Positions 30,791-40,854 of a DNA stretch of 64,000 bases are shown here, one piece after another (position 1 is the first letter of the stretch; each line of letters opens with the position of its first letter). Both the position numbers and the translations under genes were made by a program. The DNA is from Candidatus Multivorans sp. (GTDB lineage: Bacteria > Acidobacteriota > Thermoanaerobaculia > Multivoradales > Multivoraceae): the NCBI GenBank assembly GCA_965247095.1, contig OZ251997.1, positions 3,872,001-3,936,000 of the forward strand. The letters are read 5' to 3'. Below the pieces are notes generated by a model. The model did no database searches and had not been told where the DNA came from. It saw nothing but the letters and a program-made list of their open reading frames with translations.

Positions 30791-32371
30791 TCAGCGCCAG
30801 GCCCATTCCTCGAGGTTGGCGAGCGGGCTGAGAGCGTTCGGCGCCACCGATGCGAGTTCGTCGTCGAATGCGGCCAGACTCATCGACTCCCAGAGCACGA
30901 GCATCGGTTGGTCGACGTGCAGGATCCGCTGCAACCGGTGCAGATCCTCCCGGCCCTCGAGCGGGTCGTTTCGGGTGGCGAAGGTGTCGATCAGCCGGTC
31001 GACCTCGGGATTGGCGTAGGCGGCGAAGTTGAAGCCGCCGATCGACTCGCTGTGGAAGGCGAAGCCGAAGTCGAGGCTGGTGTCGATCGCGAATGCGGAT
31101 GCGGCGGCGTCGAAGTCCTGCTTCTGCAGTCTCAGGTTGAGGGCGTTCGGGTCGAAGCGGCGCGGCTGAGCGTCGATGCCGACGGCGCGCAGGTCGGCCT
31201 GGATCATCTGCATCGCGTCCCAGCGTGCGCCGGCGCCCGCATAGGTCGCCAACTCGAAGCGGAACGGTACGCCGCCGCGCTCGAGGATGCCTTCGCCGTC
31301 GGCGTCGACCCAGCCGGCGTCGGCCAGTGCCGCACGGGCGGCCGCGGGATCGTGGGGCCAGGGTTCGAGGTCCGGGTCGTGCGCCCAGACGCCGGAGATG
31401 ATCGGACTGTTGCCGACCGTTGCGTAGCCGTGCCAGATGGTGTCCGCGATCGCGTGGCGGTCGATCGCCAGCGCCAGGGCGCGCCGGGTCGCGGCGTCCT
31501 CGAACCACGGTTTGCGCGTGTTCCACACCACGAAGGTGAACTGCCGGTTGCTGTAGGCGATCAGGCGGAGACCGGGTTGGCCGTCGATGCGGCTTGCGTC
31601 CGTGGCCGCGATCCCGATGGCGACGTCGAGCTCGCCGGCGAGAAGCTGGTTGGTCAGGGCGGTGCTGTCGGGCACGGTGCGCAGAATGACCCGCTCCAAC
31701 CGCGGCGGGCCGGCTTCGAAGGGGTCGGGATTGCGCCCGAGGACGAGTTCTCGGCCCGGCGTCCGGCTCTCGAGCCGGAAAGGGCCATTCGTGACCAGGT
31801 GCTCGAAGAACCAGCCCGGGTCGCTGCGCCACTCGGTGAACGGTCGCTCTTCCCAAGCGTGCTTGGGGAGGATTTTGCCGGTGGACACGTCGGCCAACGC
31901 CGTCGGCAGGGCGGCGCCAAAGTGGAAACGGACGGTGTGGGGGGCGACCACCTCGACGTCGACGATTGCCTCCACGTAGTCCGAGTAGCTCCACGCGACC
32001 TCGGCATCCGTCTGGGCCAGCCAGGTGAAGCGGACATCCTGCGCGGTCACCGGCTGACCGTCGCTCCACACCGCGTCCGGGCGCAGCCGTACGGTCAACT
32101 GCAGGCGGTCCTCCGAGAACTCCCATTCCTCGGCCAGGCTGGGCCCCCAAGTCGGGGGACCGTCGCGGAAATCCCCTCGCTCCGCCATCAGCGACAGGAA
32201 CATCTGGTTGTTGATCGCCGCGTACGCCAGCGTCGGCGGGCCGATCAGTTCGTTCGGCGTCGGGTAGTCGAACCGCAGCCCTACGGTGACGCGCGTGGTG
32301 TCGCGGGGAGCGTCGGAACTGCAACCCCAGCCGAGTACGGCGACCATTCCGGCTGCCGCCAATACCCGCAT
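30791..32371 (-). CDS. ABC transporter substrate-binding lipoprotein, family 5
   Basis: Lipobox-like GWGC, WSDGQPVTAQDV, NGPF, RRALALAIDR; ATG at 32371 inferred. Confidence 0.9.
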   Translation of the reverse strand: MRVLAAAGMVAVLGWGCSSDAPRDTTRVTVGLRFDYPTPNELIGPPTLAYAAINNQMFLSLMAERGDFRDGPPTWGPSLAEEWEFSEDRLQLTVRLRPDAVWSDGQPVTAQDVRFTWLAQTDAEVAWSYSDYVEAIVDVEVVAPHTVRFHFGAALPTALADVSTGKILPKHAWEERPFTEWRSDPGWFFEHLVTNGPFRLESRTPGRELVLGRNPDPFEAGPPRLERVILRTVPDSTALTNQLLAGELDVAIGIAATDASRIDGQPGLRLIAYSNRQFTFVVWNTRKPWFEDAATRRALALAIDRHAIADTIWHGYATVGNSPIISGVWAHDPDLEPWPHDPAAARAALADAGWVDADGEGILERGGVPFRFELATYAGAGARWDAMQMIQADLRAVGIDAQPRRFDPNALNLRLQKQDFDAAASAFAIDTSLDFGFAFHSESIGGFNFAAYANPEVDRLIDTFATRNDPLEGREDLHRLQRILHVDQPMLVLWESMSLAAFDDELASVAPNALSPLANLEEWAWR

Positions 32372-32477
32372 CGACGTTCGCCCCACTGGCACGGAATCAT
32401 CGTACACCCCACCTCTCTTGTAGCTGTGAGGGGGCTGCGCCAGAATACCGAGATAGGAGGGATTCTGGGGCTTGGGA

Positions 32478-33839
32478 ATGTTGGAGTGGCTCGGCACGGA
32501 CAGCAGGCAACGGCGACGCCGGATCTGGGCGGCGATCGTCGGCGTCTTCGTGCTCGCCGACCTCAGTCTGTTCGGCTGGTTGATCTTCCGGTCGCTGTCG
32601 CAGCGCGAACTGAACCGGATCGTGGTGGAAGCGCGAGCCGAAGCCGAGGAACTGGCGGAGGGGATCGCCGGCCGCGTGAAGACCACGGGGCGCGACCTGT
32701 ATACCGCCATGGCCACCGAGTCCGCGACGCGCAGCTACATCAACTCGGTGTTGATTCAGCGGGACATCGTGGAGACCGTCGAGATCCGCGACACGGATGG
32801 CCGTCTGGTGTTCCGCAACCGTCGGGAGGAGACCCGGACAGCCGCCGGGGAGCGACCGAACCTCGAGTCGCCCGGGCTGGTCGCGGACACGTTCACCCGT
32901 GAGGTTCCCTACGAGCGGGTCGAGGTGCCGGTGGGCAACATCGGCACCTTCGTGATCGGCATCTCACGTGCCGAACTGCAACAGCGGTTGGCCGTCCTGC
33001 GCCGGGAACTGCTGCGGCAGGCGGCGATCATCGCGGCGCTGACCGTGGCTCTGTTCGTCGCCGGCTACGTGATCTACAGCCGGCTCTCGCGCCAAACCGC
33101 TCTCGCCGAGCGTCAGGCGCAGGAGGCCGAGCAGATGGCCTACGTCGGCACGCTGGCCTCCGGGCTCGCCCACGAGATCCGCAGTCCCCTGAACTCCCTG
33201 AATCTCAACATGCAGATGCTCCAGGAGGAGATGGCGACAGACAAGAGCCGGCGCTCGGCGCGGTCGTCCGAGCGTCTGGTGGCGATCACGCGCTCCGAGG
33301 TCGGCCGTCTTGAGCGTCTGGTGTCCGACTTCCTCAGCTACGCGCGTCCGGCCGACCTGGATCTGGTGGACACGACAGCGGCCGAGTTGCTGCGTCACTG
33401 CGCCGAGATCGTCGCCGGCAAGTTGCGCTCGGAGCAGGTCGCTTCGGAGATTGACGATCGCACCGGCGCCGCCGTGTTTCAGGTCGACCGCGAGCAGGTG
33501 AGTCAACTGCTCCTCAACCTGGTCGACAATGCGGTAGCGGCGATGAACGACTGCGACCATCCCCGTCTCCGTCTCGAGGCGGAGATCCGGGATGGGTCGG
33601 TCGTGCTGGCGGTCAGCGACAACGGTCCCGGCGTGGACGAGGCGGAACGCGAGCTGGTCTTCGATCTGTTCCATTCCGGACGCCGGGGAGGCACCGGTCT
33701 GGGGCTCGCCATCGCGCGCCGCATCGCCAACGCGCACGGCGGCCAGGTGAGGGTCCGGGACGACGACCGTCCCGGCGCCACCTTCGAGGTCGAGCTGCCG
33801 CTCGGGTCCCGCGGTCGTGTAGTTTCGTTGACCGTGTAG
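32478..33839 (+). CDS. Membrane sensor histidine kinase with no adjacent regulator
   Basis: Two TM segments, GLAHEIRSPL, NLVDNA, DNGPG, GTGLGL. Confidence 0.92.
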   Translation: MLEWLGTDSRQRRRRIWAAIVGVFVLADLSLFGWLIFRSLSQRELNRIVVEARAEAEELAEGIAGRVKTTGRDLYTAMATESATRSYINSVLIQRDIVETVEIRDTDGRLVFRNRREETRTAAGERPNLESPGLVADTFTREVPYERVEVPVGNIGTFVIGISRAELQQRLAVLRRELLRQAAIIAALTVALFVAGYVIYSRLSRQTALAERQAQEAEQMAYVGTLASGLAHEIRSPLNSLNLNMQMLQEEMATDKSRRSARSSERLVAITRSEVGRLERLVSDFLSYARPADLDLVDTTAAELLRHCAEIVAGKLRSEQVASEIDDRTGAAVFQVDREQVSQLLLNLVDNAVAAMNDCDHPRLRLEAEIRDGSVVLAVSDNGPGVDEAERELVFDLFHSGRRGGTGLGLAIARRIANAHGGQVRVRDDDRPGATFEVELPLGSRGRVVSLTV

Positions 33840-33982
33840 CCGCGCGGGTGCTACTGTCGGCGGCCGAATGCCGCCTCGGCGGTGTCCGGCGCGGAGTCTT
33901 GAGGACGTACCGCGCGGAGTTGACAGGCAACGGCGAATGATCTTGGGCGCCCGGAGCAACGGCGCGCCGCAGAGAGAGAACC

Positions 33983-34312
33983 ATGTACGCAGTGATAGAG
34001 ACCGGCGGCAAGCAGGTTCGGGTTGCAGAGGGAGATGTCGTCGATGTAGAGCGTGTCGCCGGCGCCGAAACCGGTTCGGAGGTGTTCTTCGACCGTGTGC
34101 TGATGATCGGCGGCGGTGAGGGCGAAGCCGAATTGGGCGAGCCTGTCGTGGAGGGCGCGCGTGTGCGGGCGTCTCTTGTGTCCGACCTGCGGGCACCGAA
34201 GATCATCGTCTTCAAGTTCAAGCGCCGCAAGGGCTACCGCCGGCGCAATGGACACCGGCAGGACATGCAGCGGTTCCGGATCGAGGCGATCGAGCGAGCG
34301 GCCGGGGCTTGA
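33983..34312 (+). CDS. rplU: 50S ribosomal protein L21
   Basis: [25 protein letters not shown]. Confidence 0.97.
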   Translation: MYAVIETGGKQVRVAEGDVVDVERVAGAETGSEVFFDRVLMIGGGEGEAELGEPVVEGARVRASLVSDLRAPKIIVFKFKRRKGYRRRNGHRQDMQRFRIEAIERAAGA

Positions 34313-34337
34313 GCCCCCGAAACGGAGGTCCATAGAG

Positions 34338-34595
34338 ATGGCGCACAAGAAGGGCCAGGGCTCGAGCCGGAACGGCCGCGATTCGAATCCCAACAACCTC
34401 GGCGTGAAGCGTTACGCTGGCCAGAGCGTGACCGGCGGGACGATCATCGTCCGCCAGCGCGGCACCCGGTTCTTTCCCGGCGAGAACGTAGGTCGTGGCA
34501 ACGACGACACCCTCTACGCGCGGGCGGACGGTGTGGTCGAGTTTCGCAAGCGCGGCCGGCGCGGCACGGTGGTCAACGTTCATCCGGCCGGCTAG
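34338..34595 (+). CDS. rpmA: 50S ribosomal protein L27
   Basis: [16 protein letters not shown]. Confidence 0.98.
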   Translation: MAHKKGQGSSRNGRDSNPNNLGVKRYAGQSVTGGTIIVRQRGTRFFPGENVGRGNDDTLYARADGVVEFRKRGRRGTVVNVHPAG

Positions 34596-34670
34596 GAGTC
34601 GAGTCGCGGCGTCCGCGCCGCGCTGACGCACAGGAAACATGGCTTGTTCCACGCAAGCTTGCGCCGCAGA
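34592..34670 (+). repeat. Dispersed ~79-bp element, copy 2
   Basis: Matches 25519-25597; begins with CTAG containing the rpmA stop. Confidence 0.9.
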
Positions 34671-34724
34671 GTTCCGAGCCTCCGAAGCGCAAGGCGGCGC
34701 TGACCTCGCCGCCGGGAGCGGTTG

Positions 34725-35780
34725 ATGCACTTCATTGACGAGGCCGTCATCGATGTCCTCGGGGGTGCGGGCGGTAACGGTTGCATGGCGTTCCGGCGCG
34801 AGAAGTTCGTGCCCCGCGGAGGCCCCTCCGGTGGCGATGGCGGTCACGGCGGCAGCGTCGTCCTGGTGGGCGCCTCGGGACTCGGCACGTTGTATCGCCT
34901 CTCATTTCCCGCCAACTACCACGCGGAGCGCGGCCGCCACGGCGAGGGCTCGAACCGGACCGGCAGGAGCGGTGGTGACCTGCTTATTCCGGTGCCGCTC
35001 GGCACCGAGGTCTACGACGCGGACAGCGGTGAAACCCTGGGTGAGGTGTTGACCGAGGACGAACGGCTGATCGTCGCCCACGGCGGCGCCGGCGGCCGCG
35101 GCAACGCGAAGTTCAAGAGCTCGCGGCAACGGGCGCCGAGGCGCACGGAGCCGGGGACGCCCGGTGACCAGAGGCGGCTCCGCCTGGAACTGAAGTTGCT
35201 CGCCGATGTCGGGGTTGTCGGCCTGCCGAATGCCGGCAAGTCGACGTTGATCAGTGTTCTGACCGCCGCCAAGCCGAGGATCGCGGACTATCCGTTCACC
35301 ACCCTCGTGCCCCAACTCGGAGTGGTCGGTGCGCCGGCGCTGCCGGTGGAGGCGGAGCCCTTTGTGATTGCCGATCTGCCGGGCCTGATCGCGGGCGCTG
35401 CCCAGGGGGCCGGACTCGGGACGCGCTTCCTCCGTCACGTCGAGCGGTGCCGCGTGCTGCTCCACCTGGTCGATCTCGGGCCGCAGCCGGAGGAGGCCGG
35501 GAATTCGATCGAGGAGGCCGTAGACACGATCAGCGCCGAACTGGGCGCCTTCAACGAGGATCTCCTGCGGCGGCCCCGGATTCTGTGCGGCTCGAAGCTG
35601 GACATCGCCGACGACGACAGGCGCCGCGAACTCCATGCGCTGGCCACGAGACGGGGACTGCGGGCGTTCGAGATCTCCGCCGTGGCGGGTGCGGGTCTGG
35701 CGCCGCTGGTCCGGGAACTCCGGGGCCTGCTCGATGGCCGAGATGCCGCCACGGACGTGGCCACAGGAGCCCAGCCATGA
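34725..35780 (+). CDS. obgE: GTPase ObgE/CgtA
   Basis: FRREKFVPRGGPSGGDGG, GLPNAGKST, YPFTTL, DLPG. Confidence 0.97.
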   Translation: MHFIDEAVIDVLGGAGGNGCMAFRREKFVPRGGPSGGDGGHGGSVVLVGASGLGTLYRLSFPANYHAERGRHGEGSNRTGRSGGDLLIPVPLGTEVYDADSGETLGEVLTEDERLIVAHGGAGGRGNAKFKSSRQRAPRRTEPGTPGDQRRLRLELKLLADVGVVGLPNAGKSTLISVLTAAKPRIADYPFTTLVPQLGVVGAPALPVEAEPFVIADLPGLIAGAAQGAGLGTRFLRHVERCRVLLHLVDLGPQPEEAGNSIEEAVDTISAELGAFNEDLLRRPRILCGSKLDIADDDRRRELHALATRRGLRAFEISAVAGAGLAPLVRELRGLLDGRDAATDVATGAQP

Positions 35781-36385
35781 GCGGACCGAGGGCGCGGATC
35801 GGGCTCTTCGGGGGCAGCTTCGATCCGATCCACAACGGCCACATTCTGCCGGTGCTCGCGGCTCGGGAATCGCTCGGGCTCGATGTCGTCCACTACCTGC
35901 CGACTGCCTGCCCGCCGCACAAGCCGCAGGGGACGAGGGCGCCGGCTCTCTTGCGGAACACGATGGTCGAGTTGGCGCTGCTGCCCTACCCCGAACTCGT
36001 CGTGTCGGATGCTGAGCTCGATCTCGGGCGATCCGTGTACACGATCGAGACGGTGGAGCGCTACGCTGCCGAGTTCCCGGATGCCAGTCTGCATCTGCTC
36101 CTCGGCGTCGACAGTTTCAACGAACTTCCCGGCTGGCGGCGCTTTGGCGATCTGATCGAGGCCGTGAAGCTGGTTGTCCTGGCGCGTCCGGGCGAGCGGT
36201 GTCTCGACCCGGAGGTGCGCTCGCCGGTCGAGAGTGCGCGCGGCTACGTCCTCGTCCGGCACCGTTCGGTCGATGTCTCGTCGAGCGACATTCGCCGGCG
36301 GCTGGCGCAGGGTGCGGAAGTGAGCGCGGACTTGATGCCGGACCCGGTGCTGCGCTACTGTCGCAAGTACGGGTTGTATCGTTGA
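35777..36385 (+). CDS. nadD: Nicotinate-nucleotide adenylyltransferase
   Basis: GLFGGSFDPIHNGH, PPHK, VSSSDIR. Confidence 0.95.
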   Translation: MSGPRARIGLFGGSFDPIHNGHILPVLAARESLGLDVVHYLPTACPPHKPQGTRAPALLRNTMVELALLPYPELVVSDAELDLGRSVYTIETVERYAAEFPDASLHLLLGVDSFNELPGWRRFGDLIEAVKLVVLARPGERCLDPEVRSPVESARGYVLVRHRSVDVSSSDIRRRLAQGAEVSADLMPDPVLRYCRKYGLYR

Positions 36386-36798
36386 CGCAAGCGCAGACGC
36401 TCCAGGCCCAAGCGGGCACGACTACCCGCGACCCGGAGGGGACCACCGACTCCGAGGACCGTGTCCGCGCGGTTGCCGCGGCGGCGCTGGATCGCAAGGC
36501 ACAGGACCTGCGTGTACTGGAACTCACCGAAGTCAGCGACTTCACCGACTACTTCGTCATCTGCAACGGCGCCAACGCCCGCCAGGTGAGCAGCATCGCG
36601 GAAGCGGTGGAGCGCAGGTTGCGCGCCGACGGCGCCCGGCCGCTGCATCTCGAGGGTGCGGGCAGGGGCCAGTGGGTGCTGCTCGACTACGGTGACGTGG
36701 TCGTCCACGTGTTCGACGCCGAGCGGCGTGAGCTCTACCGGCTGGAACGGCTGTGGTCCGACGCGCCGGACCGGACCGCGGAGCTCGCGAGCGACTGA
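36382..36798 (+). CDS. rsfS: Ribosome silencing factor
   Basis: DYFVICNG, WVLLDYGDVVVHVF, YRLERLW; TTG start inferred. Confidence 0.95.
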   Translation: MTQAQTLQAQAGTTTRDPEGTTDSEDRVRAVAAAALDRKAQDLRVLELTEVSDFTDYFVICNGANARQVSSIAEAVERRLRADGARPLHLEGAGRGQWVLLDYGDVVVHVFDAERRELYRLERLWSDAPDRTAELASD

Positions 36799-36810
36799 GT
36801 TCCCGGGGCG

Positions 36811-37032
36811 ATGGGTGCAGTGCTGCAACTCCGGGTCAACGGCCAGGAGCGGGAACTGGCTTCCTCGGGATCCGGCGCTACCGTTCTCGATCTGCTTGCG
36901 AGCCTGGACCAGCACCCGAAGACGGTGGCGGTCGAAGTGAACCGCGAACTCGTACCGCGCGCCCGTTTCGGCGAAACGGCGCTTCGCGACGGCGACCGGG
37001 TCGAGATCGTTCGCTTCGTTCAGGGTGGTTAG
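36811..37032 (+). CDS. thiS: ThiS-family sulfur carrier protein
   Basis: VAVEVN, GDRVEIVRFVQGG with C-terminal GG. Confidence 0.9.
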   Translation: MGAVLQLRVNGQERELASSGSGATVLDLLASLDQHPKTVAVEVNRELVPRARFGETALRDGDRVEIVRFVQGG

Positions 37033-37110
37033 AGGGGCAATCTTCCGGTATAGTCCCTCGCTGCCGCCGGCACCGGAGGAACCGGTTGACGCGAAGGCGG
37101 CATGGAGGCC

Positions 37111-37186
37111 GGGCCGCTAGCTCAATTGGCAGAGCAACAGACTCTTAATCTGTGGGTTCTAGGTTCGATTCCTAGGCGGCTCACCA
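37111..37186 (+). tRNA. tRNA-Lys(CTT)
   Basis: GGGCCGCTAGCTCAATTGGCAGAGC, anticodon arm ACAGA-CTCTTAA-TCTGT, GGTTCGATTCC, CCA end. Confidence 0.96.
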
Positions 37187-37227
37187 CGCCCCACCCGTGG
37201 CGGCCCAAGCTTCCGCACTGCTACGGC

Positions 37228-37309
37228 GCGAAAGTGGCGGAACTGGTAGACGCGCTAGACTTAGGATCTAGTCCCGGAAGGGTTGGGGGTTCGAGTCCCC
37301 CCTTTCGCA
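37228..37309 (+). tRNA. tRNA-Leu(TAG), CCA not encoded
   Basis: GCGAAAG/CTTTCGC acceptor stem, CTAGA-CTTAGGA-TCTAG anticodon arm, long variable arm. Confidence 0.93.
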
Positions 37310-37332
37310 CGCCTGACTTTCGCACGCCTGAC

Positions 37333-37406
37333 GCGGAACCGGTCGAGCGCTACACTCAGGATCTAGTCCCGGAAGGGTTCAGGGGGTTCGAGTCCCCCTT
37401 TCGCAC
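37333..37406 (+). pseudogene. Degenerate duplicate of tRNA-Leu lacking the 5' acceptor strand, anticodon position reading CAG
   Basis: GCGGAACCGGTCGAGCGCTACACTCAGGATCTAGTCCCGGAAGGGTTCAGGGGGTTCGAGTCCCCCTTTCGCAC aligns to the upstream tRNA-Leu. Confidence 0.8.
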
Positions 37407-37466
37407 GCCAAGCACACCTGTCCTTCGTCTCGCACTACCGGAATCGACTGAGTCTCCCGTTCGACC

Positions 37467-38816
37467 ATGACTGTAGTGGTCACAAAAAGGGAGGTCGGCC
37501 TCTGCCGGCACGAGTTCGACATCGAGGTGCCGGCCGAGGAGGTCGATGCCGAGTACCTGCGGGTAGCCGGGGACTACCGCCGCCGGGCCCGTCTCGACGG
37601 CTTCCGCAAGGGCAAGGCGCCGCTCGACCTGATCCGCCAACGGTTCGCCGAGGCGATCGGCGAGGATGTGTCGGAGCGGCTGGCGCCGAAGTACTGGAAT
37701 CTGGCGCGCGAGGAGGAGGATGTCCACTCCATGCTGCCGCCAAGTGTCGGGCCGGTCGAGGTGGTTCCCGGCCGGCAGTTGCGCTTCACGGTGACGGTCG
37801 ACGTCGAGCCCGAGGTCGACATCGGTGATGACCGGAGCTTCGAGTTGCCACAGCCCGAGACGGCGCCCACCGAAGCCGAGGTCGACGAAGTGCTGGAGCA
37901 GGTTCGCCTGGAGCGCGCGACCTGGGTGCCCGTCGACCGCTCCGCGGCGCGCGGCGACCGGGTGCGGGGGAAGGTCCATCGCGCCGCCATGCCCGGTTTC
38001 GATGCGGACGCAGCAGGCGCCGACCAGGACGCCGACCGCAACGGTCCGGCGACCCACGACATCGACCTGGAACTGGGCGACGAGCGGGTCTGGCCTGAGC
38101 TCACCGACAACCTCACGGGGCTCTCGGCTGGTCAGACGGCGACGTTCGAGCGCGTCGAGCAGGAGGACAGCATCGAGCGGCAGCGTGGGTACGACATCGA
38201 ACTCCACGAGGTGCTCGAGCGGAAGCTGCCGGAGGTCGACGACGACTGGGCCAGTGGTCTGGCCGCGAGCATCGGGAGCGTCGACGATCTGCGCGAGAAC
38301 CTCCGCGGGCAGGTGCAGGCGCGGAAGGTCGAGGCTGCCGGCCAGCAGCGCACGGACGCTCTGCTCGAGCAGTTGCGGGAGCGGTATCCGGTCACCCTGC
38401 CGGAGGCGGTGGTGGAGCGCGAGGCGTTCCAGATGGCGCGGTCCTACGCGAGCAACCTGGCGCGACAGGGTGTCGATCTCGAACAGCAGCAGTTGCCGTG
38501 GGAGCAGATGATGGAGGAGATCCGTCCGCAGGCGGGTAAGCGGGCGCACGCCTCCTTCCTGCTCGACCGGATCGCCCGGGCAGATGGGATCGAACCGACC
38601 CGGGAAGACCTCGAGCGCGCGCTGGAGATCATGGCTCGCGCCCGCAACACGAACCGCGGCAAGCTGCGCCGCGAGCTCGAGCGGGATGGCGGCCTGGAGA
38701 TGTTGAAGATCGAACTCAAACGGGACAGGACGGTGCAGGCTCTTCTCGGGGCCAATGCACCGTCTGATGGATCGGGCGGTGCAACGGAAGAAGCTGCCGC
38801 CGAAGGGAAGGACTAG
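37467..38816 (+). CDS. tig: Trigger factor
   Basis: GFRKGKAP signature; position upstream of clpP-clpX. Confidence 0.93.
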   Translation: MTVVVTKREVGLCRHEFDIEVPAEEVDAEYLRVAGDYRRRARLDGFRKGKAPLDLIRQRFAEAIGEDVSERLAPKYWNLAREEEDVHSMLPPSVGPVEVVPGRQLRFTVTVDVEPEVDIGDDRSFELPQPETAPTEAEVDEVLEQVRLERATWVPVDRSAARGDRVRGKVHRAAMPGFDADAAGADQDADRNGPATHDIDLELGDERVWPELTDNLTGLSAGQTATFERVEQEDSIERQRGYDIELHEVLERKLPEVDDDWASGLAASIGSVDDLRENLRGQVQARKVEAAGQQRTDALLEQLRERYPVTLPEAVVEREAFQMARSYASNLARQGVDLEQQQLPWEQMMEEIRPQAGKRAHASFLLDRIARADGIEPTREDLERALEIMARARNTNRGKLRRELERDGGLEMLKIELKRDRTVQALLGANAPSDGSGGATEEAAAEGKD

Positions 38817-38820
38817 GGCG

Positions 38821-38874
38821 ATGCTGGTACCAATTGTGGCCGGGCAGACCAACCGGTCGGAAAGAGAGGGCTAG
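38821..38874 (+). repeat. Diverged duplicate of the clpP 5' end forming a 17-aa uORF
   Basis: MLVPIVAGQTNRSEREG* versus Clp[18 protein letters not shown]; 57-bp offset. Confidence 0.8.
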
Positions 38875-38877
38875 GGA

Positions 38878-39468
38878 ATGCTTGTACCCATGGTGGTCGA
38901 GCAGACCAACCGGGGAGAACGCGCTTACGACATCTACTCGCGGCTGCTCAAGGACAACATCGTGTTCCTCGGCCGGGCGATCGATGACGACGTGGCGAAC
39001 CTGGTCATCGCGCAGATGCTGTTTCTCGAGTCCGAGAACCCGGAGAAGGACATCTCGCTCTACATCAACTCGCCGGGCGGCTCGGTGACCGCGGGCTTCG
39101 CCATCTACGACACGATGCAGCATGTGAAGCCGGACGTCTCGACCCTGTGCGTCGGTCAGGCCGCGTCCTTCGCGGCAGTGCTGCTGGCGGGCGGGGCCAA
39201 GGAGAAGCGGCTCGTGCTGCCCAACGCGCGGGTGCTGATTCACCAACCCTGGGTGCAGAGCCTCGGGGGCCAGCAGACGGACATCGACATCCATGCCCAG
39301 GACCTGCTGAGAATGCGCGGCCGGATCGACGAACTGCTGGCTTTGCACACCGGCAAACCGACCGATGAAGTCCACGCCGACACCGAGCGGGACAAGATTC
39401 TCACCGCCGAGATGGCGGTGGAATATGGCATCGCCGATCGCGTTATCGAGCGTCGGGGAGCCCAGTAG
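38878..39468 (+). CDS. clpP: ATP-dependent Clp protease proteolytic subunit
   Basis: [25 protein letters not shown]. Confidence 0.98.
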   Translation: MLVPMVVEQTNRGERAYDIYSRLLKDNIVFLGRAIDDDVANLVIAQMLFLESENPEKDISLYINSPGGSVTAGFAIYDTMQHVKPDVSTLCVGQAASFAAVLLAGGAKEKRLVLPNARVLIHQPWVQSLGGQQTDIDIHAQDLLRMRGRIDELLALHTGKPTDEVHADTERDKILTAEMAVEYGIADRVIERRGAQ

Positions 39469-39616
39469 CAGCGCGACTCGCGGCCCCGGGCGGGCCGCTT
39501 GAGCGCGTCTCGCAGCCCGGAGCCGTGCTACCATCCGTAGGTGCCCGCGACCTGTACGGGTCCAACGCAGGCAGGCCGGACGAAGCGCACGAAGACAAGC
39601 AGGAACGAACTGACCG

Positions 39617-40852
<1,236 letters not shown>

Positions 40853-40854
40853 CG

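Noticed and set aside
32387-32402. TGGCACGG as a sigma54 promoter for the orphan kinase
   Set aside because: No GC at the -12 position
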